This document shows, one piece after another, positions 39,156 through 50,288 of a stretch of 64,000 nucleotides of DNA. Origin of the DNA: Botryllus schlosseri (Eukaryota); NCBI GenBank assembly GCA_051294905.1, contig JBPPKV010000017.1, positions 1,798,001-1,862,000 of the forward strand. The letters run 5' to 3'. The notes under the pieces were generated by a model. The model was given only the letters and a program-made list of their open reading frames with translations. It was not told the DNA's origin and did no database searches. The translations under genes were made by a program, and so were the position numbers. Numbering within the stretch: the first letter of the stretch is position 1; each line of letters begins with the position of its first letter.

Positions 39156-42100
39156 CTTGTTGACTTGGCCTTGGGTGTCGGCTTGGACTTGGCCTTCCCA
39201 GCCGGCTCTGCGGTTGGCTCCCGTGAACTGTGATCTGTCGTTGATTTTGCAACTGAATTTGGGTGTCAAATGTTTCCAATACTACATGTCCGCGACATTT
39301 TGAAGGAGGCAATAAACCGTACAGTCATAATAGTTATTGACGAATAAAATACCCATGCTGGCATGGTAGCTTGTAGCCTGCAAACAACTTCTAGTTTCGA
39401 TCACAAACAGAACAGCACCCAAGAAAAATATCATGGTTAACACGGGCTTTTTAACAAATGCTCTCAACTACATCAAAAAAAGAGAAAGATTGCTTCAGAT
39501 CTGTCCAAAGAAAATATATTAGGGAACGAAGTGAAAAGATATTCCGCAGCAGAGCTCGAGAGCGTGAAATGCGATGTTTTGAGTTACCATAAAAAAGAAA
39601 TAATTTTGCTGATCCCAAGGCTGCTGCTCGACAACTCGTAGGTGTACCTGCAACATTATCTCCATCAAAAAGAGAACTGTATAGCGCGAAAGAGAGAGAG
39701 AGAGATAGTTTCAACAAACTAGCCAAGTTTGGTGTACGGGCGTTAAATTTTTTCTCATTCGGAATTTCATTCAATATTTGCGAATTAACTAATTCTAATC
39801 CAATTTGTAGAGGTTCTTGGAGGTACTAAACTTCAATATACAGTTGAGTAGTACATTCATATTGAAATGAACCCGGATATTTTCGGCTGACACTCGTCAG
39901 GGATAATCGTCAGCAACTTGTAGAGAATTGGAAAGAACGTTGCATATCAACAATCGTATCACAAAATATGATGTCAGCGGCATGAACTTTTGAATGATAG
40001 AGCGTTCAATGTACTATTTTAAAGTGGTACACGAACCCCTTTTGTTGACAGAGTTTTGGTTGGTGTATTTTGATAAAAGTAGACTCCAAGGCACACAAAT
40101 GGAATTGTGAACGGCCCCTCTCAACGAAACGAAATCTGTCGTCTGGATAATTATTCGCACAAATCGGATTATTTAACAGATGTTTGCCGATGGCAGAATC
40201 AGATCATCGGGATCGTCACTGCGTCTGCAGGAACGTGTAAACAACCGCGTCCCCATATTCATCAGAGCACATGTAACACGCTAGGTGAAAAGCTCACCGT
40301 TAACTCATCCGCTGAAACTTGATGCTGACCTATCAAAGGCCTTTAATTCTGTGATCGGCAAACATCTGTTAGATAATACGATTTGTGCGAATATTTATGG
40401 AGACGACAGATTTCGTGTCGTTGGGAGGGGTCGTTCACACTTCCGTGTGTGTGCCTTGGAGTCGACTTTTATCAGAAAACACCAACCAAAACTCTGCCAA
40501 CAAAAGGGTTTCGTGTACCACTCAAAAATAGTACATTGAACGCTCTCCCATTCGAAATTTCATGCTGGTGACGTCATATTTCGTGATACGATTGTTGATA
40601 TACAACGTTCTTTCCAATTCTCTACTAGTTGCTGACGATTACCCCTGACCAGTGTCAGCCGAAAATATTTGGGTTCATTTCAATATGAATATACTATTCA
40701 ATCAAATTTGGAAAAAACCGTGCAATAATAAATCTAATCTAATTTGGTAAAACTGTGTAGCTCTAATTCTAATACTAATCTAATTTGAAGAAAATTGTGT
40801 ACCTCTAATTCTAATCTCATTTTGAAAAACTGTGTAGCTCTAGTTATGATCTAATTTGGAAAAACTGTGTAGCTCCGATTCTAATTCAAATCTCATCCGA
40901 AAAACCGTATATCCCTAATTCTAATCCTAATATATCATGTAAAACGGAAGATTTTCTAGTTTTCCAAGTCTGGTCTCAGAAGCAATTTGGCTGTTGACCA
41001 GCGTCTTCTCATACTGACCTTCATATCCATATTCAGGTGCCGAGGGTGGCTTTGGCGCAGGCTCGCTCCCACCAGATGATGGCGAGACGGGCCGTTTCCC
41101 GCGTCTAACACCTTGCCTGGAACAACCCCTTCGCGGCGATCTTGGAATGCGGTCACTGGAGTCTGAATGGAGTATTGATTCTGATGAATCGAGTCGAGTA
41201 ATGAAATTATACGATCCTTCACTAAGAGTGAATTTATCAACGAGAATAATAGTTTTCATAATAAAGTGGAATCCTCGAAACCCCGGTAGTTCGTAACACA
41301 GCGCACGATACGCGTCGTACAAATCCATGCAAGTTGTGGAAACGACACTTCTCCGACGTCATGATCAACCCACAGAATTATCACCAAACTTGAACAAACT
41401 ATCGGCACCATTCTTTGGAATGATCCTCATGTTCAGATTTTGAGAGCTTTTTAAGGTTGGTTTCAATCATTGGGATCAAGTCACTACCTTCGAGTCACGA
41501 GTCATTTCGAGTCATTGCACATTTTGACTCGAGTCAAGTCAAGTCAATCGATTTTCGAACTTGACTCGAGTCAAGTCAAGTCACTTGAATTTTGGAGCTG
41601 ACTCGTGTCAAGTCGAGTCGAGTCAAGTCAAGTCACGAGTCAAGTCACAATTCAAGTCGAGTTGCCTTTTCGAAGTATGAGGCATGATGACGTCATTGCA
41701 TTTTGCTAGCTGTCTGAAATACAGATTGAGTGGTTATTGATTCTGGATCTATGAAGAAATAGAGTTAAATATAAACGCAAGAAGGTGCTTTATTACTCAC
41801 ATATACGTAGAAATGCTTAACTACGTAAGCATAATCGCCCTCTGATTATTATAGTTACCAGCCAAAATAGAGAATAGAGAAACGAGTTGATTAGATGCAA
41901 TACGTTGCCCATTTACAAATTGATATGATACAATTCCAGCCTGCGCCGATGGTTGCTGGCTGTATAATTTTATATTGGAATTCAATTTCAATAAAACAGG
42001 AGGCTTGGTTAAATTAGGAACTGAGAACAGAAGTATACATTTTGCTATTCAATTACTTTACTATACTAGTTCACGACAACGCAATTTGTAAGCTTCGATC

Positions 42101-44201
42101 ACTTTGTTTGCGATCAATTTATTTGTGAGGGAACAATGGAGGCTCAGTAAAACCCACGATCATCGAATGATTGGTCGCTCTCATGGGTTACATCATCTTT
42201 TCACGTATTATCCGAACGTATGCAAGATACAATGATTATTATCAACATCGATTGCTTGATGACTCAAAATTGACTCGTGAATTTTGCTCCGAGTCTCGAG
42301 TTAATCCACATTTCTGATACGCCGAGTCAAGTCAAGTCAAGTCATTTTAGCAAAGTGACTCGAGTCAAGTCAAGTCATACGAAAAAGGTGACTCGAGTCA
42401 AGTCATGACTCGAGTCATCCCAACACTGTCATAAGCCAGATTTTAATATGTATTTTTGAAATAAGTACAATACAAGTACAATATTAAGTCAAGTTTGATT
42501 AAATTTTAGCGCTAGCGTTGCCAGCAATAGGATTACCGTAACTTTTCAAGTATAGTACGTCCCCATTGATAATGCACATACTTAAAATGACATGCAAAAT
42601 CTGGAAAAAAGCCTGCACCCATGTATAGTGCACACACTGCATTCGCGGTACATGAATAGTTGTGTTATGGTATACGATGTTATTGTGTTGGTGGTGTCAC
42701 TGTTCAACAATCATGACGTAACGATCGCTGATCATTATACAGTTAGCGGCATGGTCTCTAAATGATAGTAGATGGCAGATAAAGCCTGCGATAGTTCAGG
42801 GCAGCTAAAAGACATCTTGCGCACGAGGCCTATTATAGATGCGATTGCTCAGTCCAACGGTTATGTCGTGCGCACCTGGAATGTTGCAGATGCGATAAAT
42901 TAGCAAGGATTACCGAGCAGGTTAGGAACAATCAATGACCTAATTTCACTCTCGTACAAACGGCTAACCAACATAACAGGAGATCGCATGCTGTTGTGCA
43001 GTGCAGACGCCTTTCAGTAATTGGCAGCGCGTAACATTGATAATACGAATTACTGGGCACGACGGCTGAATGTGATGCGTGATTAAAATGACAATGAGGA
43101 AAGGCGTGATTTCAAGTGTTATTTCGAGGGAGGTTTTTTTAGTGCTTTTTGCACCCGTGCACCCTCGGTTTTATGACAAAAAATCTGTAAAATTTTGTGC
43201 ATTATAAATAGAAAATTTCATTACTAATAATGTTGATTTTGCCTAACTCAGCAGTCAACCGCATTGTGCATGTGAGCGTGACGACAGGAGCCGCTTATCC
43301 ATCTTTAGGTTGATAATCTATACTCCTACAGTTAGACTCACTTTCCGAAACCTGCTTTGCTGCCGAGAGAAAACTGTTTTGGTGCCGCTGTTGTGCTGCA
43401 GAGAGAAGGGAGTCCACTAAGGCCTGTATAGGTTTCATTATCCCTCCAGTAGACGGTGCAGTTTCCTCACACCTGCTATTTACAATAAATGACTTGTAGC
43501 AATTTTCCAAAATAAATTTCGTTACCGTAGCAAATATATATTTCGCAGCATATTTCACAAGCATGTTTCGTACTTTGAGGTTATATAAAACAACATACCA
43601 CCGCCAGGCGCGTAGCAAAGGGAGAAAAATAGGGGGTGTTTCGATACAGGATTTTTTAAATTATATCGGATTTATCTGGCTAAATATATGAAAAAACGCC
43701 GCTACTGCAGGAACCAGATGATCTCGCACATATCGACCCCGCGAATGTCGTACCAGGAGACGATATGATTTCGCATTCATATAAGTAGGGGCCTTAACTT
43801 GATATCATAACACAGAAACCGATGTTTCAATCTTTTTTATTTCGGCCCGTAGCGCACCCACGGAACCCAGTTGCAACATTAAGATATAGCCCAACTATGG
43901 TAAGCGAAGATAACAGCAAAAAAAACAAAGACATAATTTGTCCTTGATTACCAAAAGGGAAGCAGCCCGATCAAGTTACAACACAAAGACCTTGCCATTT
44001 TTTGGTCAAACAAGAACATGATTCCAATTCCGCATCAAATCAGATTTCACAAATAAAATGTTCAATGAGGAATCTGTTATGTACTGATAAAATCTAAGAT
44101 GAATTAGCTCGTTTGTTGGAATAACAACTGCCCACCTTGCTGATGTTCTGGCACTCGGGCCTGCCAAATCCTCCTGTTCTCTTATTGCCTCGGCAAAGAG
44201 A
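39156..44201 (-). CDS. Exon-cassette unit 3 (5'-truncated D, C, B, A) with Penelope and hAT insertions in introns
   Basis: D remnant 44136-44201, C 43342-43472 (+24 nt in frame), B 41019-41162, A 39156-39252. Confidence 0.7.
39871..39904 (-). ncRNA. Minimal type I hammerhead ribozyme motif in the inverted Penelope pLTR
   Basis: Minus strand TATCC-CTGACGA-GTGTCAGCC-GAAA-ATATCC-GGGT; intact CUGAnGA/GAAA core, one change in stem III. Confidence 0.55.
40641..40674 (+). ncRNA. Minimal type I hammerhead ribozyme motif in the Penelope pLTR (mutated core)
   Basis: ACCC-CTGACCA-GTGTCAGCC-GAAA-ATATTT-GGGT; palindromic AATATT stem III; core G to C change. Confidence 0.5.
41468..42428. mobile_element. 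hAT-type MITE, third copy of the 932 family
   Basis: 5' end CA(gtg deleted)TTGGGATCAAGTC, 3' end ATCCCAACACTG; follows GTTTCAAT; empty site in unit 4 (45157-45175). Confidence 0.85.
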
Positions 44202-44702
44202 CTGCTTTCATCATCTCCAGCGAAAAGAGCTTTCAGCCAGGGTAGCAAGACAGCTGTATAGTGGGAAAGAGAGAGAGAGTTTCATTAAACCAGCCAAGCT
44301 AGGTGTCACGACGTTAATCAATTTCATGTCCGATTTGCGATGGGCTGAACTTGAATTTTGCTGCTAATTCTGTCTCATACGCAATTTCATTCATATTTGC
44401 GAATTATGTAATTCTAATCTAATTTGGAAAAATTGTGTAGCAGTAATTCTAATACTAATCTAATTTGAAGAAAAATATATGTCTCCAATTCTTATTTAAT
44501 TTGTTAAAACTGTGTATCTCTAATTCTAATCTCATTTGGAAGAACTGTGTAGCTCTAATTCTATTTTAATTCAAACAAAAAAGTGTGTATCTTTAATTCT
44601 AATGGTAATTCAAATCCATTTGGTAAAACTGACGATTTTCTAGTTTTCCAAGTCTGGTCTCAGAAGCAATTTGGCTGCTGACCAGCGTAATCTTATACTG
44701 AC

Positions 44703-47700
44703 CTTCACATCCATATTCAAGTGCCCAGGGAGGCGTTGGCCCAGCCCCGCTCCCACCAGATGATGGCGAGACGGGCCTTTTCCCGCATGTAGTACCTGGC
44801 CTTGAACAACCACTTTGCTGCAATCCTGGAATGCGGTTACTGGAATCTGAATGGAGTATTTATTCTGATGATTCCAGTCGAGTAATGAATTTATACGATC
44901 CTTGTCACTAAGGGTGAATTTATCAACGAGAATTATGGTTTTCATAATAAAGTGGAATCGTTGAAAACCCGATAGTTCTTAACACAGCGTACGATAAACG
45001 ACGTACAATTCCATGCAAGTAGTGGAAACAACATTTCTCTGAAGTCATGATCAACCCACTGAATTATCACTGAACTTGAACAAACTATCGCTACAATTCT
45101 TAGAAACGATCCTCATGTTCAGACTTTGAGGGCTATTTTAAGGTTGGTTTCAATGCATTGGCCAGTTTTTAATATGTATTTGTGAATAAGTACAACACTA
45201 GCTTTCGATTAAGTTAAGTTACATTGAATTTTAGTGCTCGCGTTGCCAGCTATAGGACTACCGTAACTTTCCGAGTATAGTACGAACCGATGTATACTAC
45301 GCATACTTCAAATGACAAGCACATTCTGGAAAAAAGCCTGCACCCATGTATAGTACATACACTGCTTTCGCAGTACATGAATAGTTGTGTTTGGTATTCG
45401 AAATCATTCTGTTTGGTGGTGTCACTTTGGAACAACCATGACGTAACGATCTCAGATCATTATACAATTATCGGCATTGTCTCTAAACGATAGTAGATAG
45501 CAGATAAAGCATGCGAAGCCTGCGATAGTTCAGGCCAACAGCAAACATCTGGCGCAAGAGGTCTATTACAGATGCGATTTCTCAGGTTATGTCGTGCGCA
45601 CCAGGGATGTTGAAGATGCGTCTGTAGTGTTCAGGCCAGCGATTACATCTTGCGCACTTGGCATGCTGTATATGCGAATGTTCAGGCCTGTCGGCGATGC
45701 GAAAAATTAGCAAGGATTGCCGAGCAGGGATGCAGCAATCATTAACCAAATTTCGCTCTCGTACAAACGGCTAACCAACTTAGGAGATCGCATGCTGTTG
45801 TGCAGTGCAGACGCTTCTCAGTAATTGGCAGCGTGTAACACTGATAATACGAATTACTGGGCACGATGGCTGAATGTGATGCGCGATTAAAATGACAATG
45901 AGGAAAGGCGTAATTTCAAGTGTTATTTCGAGGGAGATTTTTTTAATGCTTGTTGCACCTGTGCACCCTCGATTTTAGGACAAAAAATCTGTAAAATTTT
46001 GTGCATAACATATGAAAATTTTCTGTACTAATAATGTTGATTTTGCCTAGCTCAGCAGTTAACTGCATTGTGCATGTGAGCGTGACAACAGGAACCGCTT
46101 ATCTATCCTTAGATTGGTAATCTATACTCCTACAGTTAGACTCACTTTTCGAAACCTGTTGGGCCGTGGGGTTTGCTATTGGGAGTAGAGAGTCCAATAA
46201 CTTCTTCATGAATTTCGCTGTCTCTTCCTCAGATTTCACGGTCTCATCACACCTGCTACTAACAGAAAATGACTATTAGAAATTTTCCAAAACAAATTTA
46301 GTTACTGAACCCATATATTTCGCAGCATATTTCACAAGCATGTTTCGTACTTTGAGGTTATACAAAACAACATACCATCACCAGGCGTGTAGCAAAGGGA
46401 GAAAATAGGAGGTGTTTCGATAACCGGATGTTCTACATTATATCGGATTTATCGGGCTAAATATATGCACAAATGCCTCTACTGTAGGAATCAGATGATC
46501 TCGCACATATTAACCCCGCAAATGTCGTAGCAGGAGACGTTATGATTTTGCATTCAAATAAGTAGTGACCGTAACTTGATATCATACAACAGAACCCGAT
46601 GTTTTAATCTTTTTTATTTCGGCCCATAGCACACCCATGGAACCCAGTTGTATCATTAAGATAAAGCACCACTACGGTAAGCGAAGATAACAGCAGTAAG
46701 AGAAACAAACACATAATTTGTCTTCGATCACCAAAAGAGAAGAAGCCCGATCAAATTACAAAACAAAGATCTTGCCATTTTTCATCCAAACAAGAACATG
46801 ATCTCGAGTCCGTATCATATCAAATTTCACAAATTAGAATGATCAATGCGGAATCAGTTACGTACTGATAAAATCAACGACGAATTAGCTTGGTTGTTGT
46901 AATAACAACTGCCCACCTTGCTGATCTTCCGGCCCGCGGACAGTTTTTCGTCTTACATGATAATATGGCCCGCCGGTTCCAGTGTTCCGAGACATTTTAG
47001 TGATTGTATGTTTTTATACACATGTATGCACAGCGAGCGAGGGTGGAGCTTACGCGTAAGTTCGTCGAAGCGAGAAGACTTGCATTATCGGCATTTACGA
47101 TGTACTGAACCCTAATGTCACTTGTGGTAATAATGGTTTTGTCGACGACAATGGTCATTTACACCAGGCCGATATTTCTTATTTTTGATTCCGTAACCGT
47201 CGACTTGTAGCACGTCCCACACTTTTAGGCTTTTGTAAGACACCAATTATGCCAGGTGTCGCCAACTGAAAACGGGTCAGCGGGCCAATTTCAAATCACG
47301 AGGCCGCGGCCCGCACGAATTCAATATCGAGATAGACAGGCCGCACAGTTTAACAACCACGCTATCTCGTCACCTACTTAATCCTAATGCATTGATATCT
47401 TGGTAAATATGGGGTACCGGGCTTATTGAACGCCTTGAAATCTTAATGAAGGATTGCACCATGAAGGTGTTGGCGGCCGTCGACGTGGAATTTGAATTTA
47501 CGAATTGACTCCCGATTTTTTGAAAGATTTTAATTTTTCTTGAAAGTTTTTCGCGCAACGCGCGATTCAATGCGACTTTATTTTTCGATTTTGATATAGT
47601 TACGCACTTTGCAATCAGAGCCCCACAGTACAGTTGCGAACAGATGCGCCACATATAGAAATACCAACTCGGAATCGTGTTCTCCTCACTATAACGACAA

Positions 47701-49460
47701 TCCTGACGGGAGGTCAAGACATGCAAAGAACAGCATGCAACAAAGTGACTAATAATAATTGCCCTGCCCTGACCGACCCTCCACCAACTCTACCGGTGAA
47801 TCTGATCACATGGGATGAGGAATAATAGGTAGATTGTAGAACTACTAATTTTCATGACGAAATTCATTAATGAATCTGAAAAAATTTTCGCGACTATGAA
47901 CACTGAACAGCCTACATTATTTAATAGATTAGTACGGAGTTCGCCGGAAATGGGCATAGACACTTTAACATGAGTATTTGGCGTCCTGCTATTTCATTAC
48001 GACTATTCCCTGGAATGCGGCCGTAGCCTACATGAGTTGAGTAGCCTAGTCGAAATGCGGCCGGGACTGGCAAAAAGATTGGCCACCCCTGCTGTATGAG
48101 AGTGCTGTTCTCAAATCCACATTGTCTTCGTCATTATTGGCGAGAAATGGCTTTGAAGTTGCATTGCTGTCGTTAAAATACATTCATTAAATACAATTTC
48201 TTCCTTGTATACGTGAATAAATGGGCGAATAATGTATCGATTCAGCAATCCGGCCATCTGGCCCGCCGACTTGGAGAAGTTGCCCGCCCCTGCGTTAGAG
48301 CATATTTTGTGGATTGGGAGTTTTATTTCTGAATTAAAAGCAGTGGATTACATTGTTAACATATGCTGCTGATTGACAATGTTCATATGGAGCTTGGTAC
48401 GATAGGTACAAGTTTTATGACGACATGATACATTTGACTCTCTGCATGCTTACTCTTTACCAGGGTTGTTACCAAGTCACAAGGCTCTGAGTCACAAGTC
48501 AACCTCCCTTTTATAGTTTTAAGTCGAGTCAAGTCGAGTCATTTTCAATTCACCACCGAGTCAAGTTCGAGTCCAAGTCAGCGATAAGAGAGTCGAGTCC
48601 AAGTCACGGTATTTTGACTTGAGTCCGACTCCAAGTCATTGTGTTGACTGCTCAGTTTCCTCTTACAGTCTTGGCACACACACTGTTGATACCTCTGTTT
48701 GGTGATATCGAATAGTTCGCATTCATAATATACTAATTTTCTTCACTTTTAGCTGTTCTTAGTTGCATTTGCAAGTACCAGTACCAATAGCCGAAATCCC
48801 ATTAGCGTGGGTACTTTACTTTTCTTCGAAATTATAATGAAACGTCGGTCTTTGCCGTTAGAGTCTCGAGTCATATGACTTTGTACGAGACATGCGCAAT
48901 GACTCGAGTCCAAGTTGAGTCAACACACAAATTGACTCGAGTCAAGTCGAGTCATCAGAAATCGTGACTCGAATGGGACTCAGTCATGACATGACTTGAG
49001 TCATTACATCCCTTTATCAAGTACAATAATGTTATTCTAATATTTCTTAATGAGATTTTTCTCGTGCCAGGCATGCATTGCTACAATAGGAAATCACATT
49101 TGAAATATTTGTGTGCAATGTGAATATGCAAGGGCGGACAATTTCTGTTTCAAACTTTTCGCAAGTACAATATACCATAGCTGGAGTAGATCTTATTCAG
49201 GCGTTGAATATCGCCGATACGAACTCAGGCTGAAATTTTTCAAAAACTCTTTCACCTGGGAAGAAATTTCTTTTGTAGTTGATCAAAACCTGGTAGTAGG
49301 TTCGAATACGAGTCGTCGGCCGACACCTCAGTCTCGGTGAAGGAAATCCAGTCACCTGAAAAAAACACGCATGTGCTATCCATCCACCCAAGATCAGAAA
49401 AGGGAGACCAACGTCAAGTCATACACACCTTCCCCCTCGCTTTCCTTGGATTCCTGGACC
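44703..49460 (-). CDS. Exon-cassette unit 4 (E, broken D, C, B; A deleted)
   Basis: E 49429-49460, D cut at about 46931 by a MITE cluster, C 46146-46252, B 44703-44846; shares an intronic insert with unit 3. Confidence 0.6.
46931..48292. mobile_element. Composite of GGCCCGC/CAGGGG-type MITE pieces that truncates exon D4
   Basis: 3' ends GGCCACCCCTG (48091) and GCCCGCCCCTG (48292); about 46990-47110 is a reverse-complement match to about 26310-26420; 5' end missing. Confidence 0.55.
48461..49013. mobile_element. GACTCGAGTC-rich MITE with CAGGGTTGT / ACATCCCT ends
   Basis: Interrupts CTCTTTAC|CAAGTAC, intact in unit 6 near 61030; degraded flanking duplication; related to remnants next to every exon A. 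Confidence 0.7.
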
Positions 49461-50288
49461 CTGTTTGTGAATGGGCAGGTTGAAATCAAACCAATGAAAA
49501 TGTACTGACACCTCGCTGGCACTCGCGACTACCAATGGACAGTGCTGGATGATGATGCCAACGATATGAGTCATCGAACAGGAATCAAGGAATGAGTCCA
49601 ACGATTCGAGTCTAATATGATTTGATGATTATTTCAAGTACTCAAACTATATGCTCATTCCCAGCAAGAGTTAATTTGTGACGAGCCTTCTCAAGCTAGA
49701 TTGGCCGTATTGAAGCACTAACATTGGCGGAACAGAGGTATCTGTGAAGTCGTGAATGACTCTGCATTTTCACCAAGTGCGATTGAATAGGCGATGAAAC
49801 GCTGAGCAGGCGACTTAAATTCCAAGAATATTCGGGCCAGTTAATCTTCGTTTATTGGAGTCGGAGAGAACCCGTCCTATTAGTTGGTCGCGAGCAGGTC
49901 GCGGTGGAGTATTTAAGTCGGCATCATGCCAAAACCATAAAGAAAGTCACTCGGCCAAGGGAGGGCTCGTGTCGGAAGCACTGCTAGTTTCTATCAACAA
50001 TAAATTCCATTTCACCAGCCTGTACACCACAGGATCTGGTAAAAAATTTTGATTCGGCCCGTCATCATTATTTTTTTTGCTTTTTTTGGCCCTAGGTGAA
50101 AATAATTGCCCCCCCCCCCCTGCCATATTGAACATCATATGACTTGATCGGATTAATACACAAAGTGACACCAGTCGAGTTACGTGATTGTCCATGCATA
50201 ACAAAATGATTCAAGTCAAGTCAAAGAAAAATTGCAACTCGAGACATTACAACCCAGGGCAAAACTTATTTCCCGAGTACAGCCTCAC

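Larger units (their letters stand above)
39810..40700 (+). mobile_element. 5'-truncated Penelope-like element: GIY-YIG endonuclease tail with inverted pseudo-LTRs
   Basis: RLQERVNN..P..IR and SVIGKHLLDNTICANIYGDDRFRVVGRGRSHFRVCALESTFIRKHQPKLCQQKGFV; 39810-40097 is the reverse complement of 40448-40700; inserted in the intronic CTAATT array. Confidence 0.85.

Noticed and set aside
40956-41240. ORFs in the IPVTAFQD..RHHL frame of exon B (also 44640 and 57841)
   Set aside because: Off-frame; variation is non-synonymous in this frame, and the ORFs run through conserved splice sites.
41480-41670. Regularly repeated GAGTCAAGTC motifs as a possible CRISPR array
   Set aside because: No unique spacers, eukaryotic context, and the motifs lie inside a MITE with TIRs and TSD.
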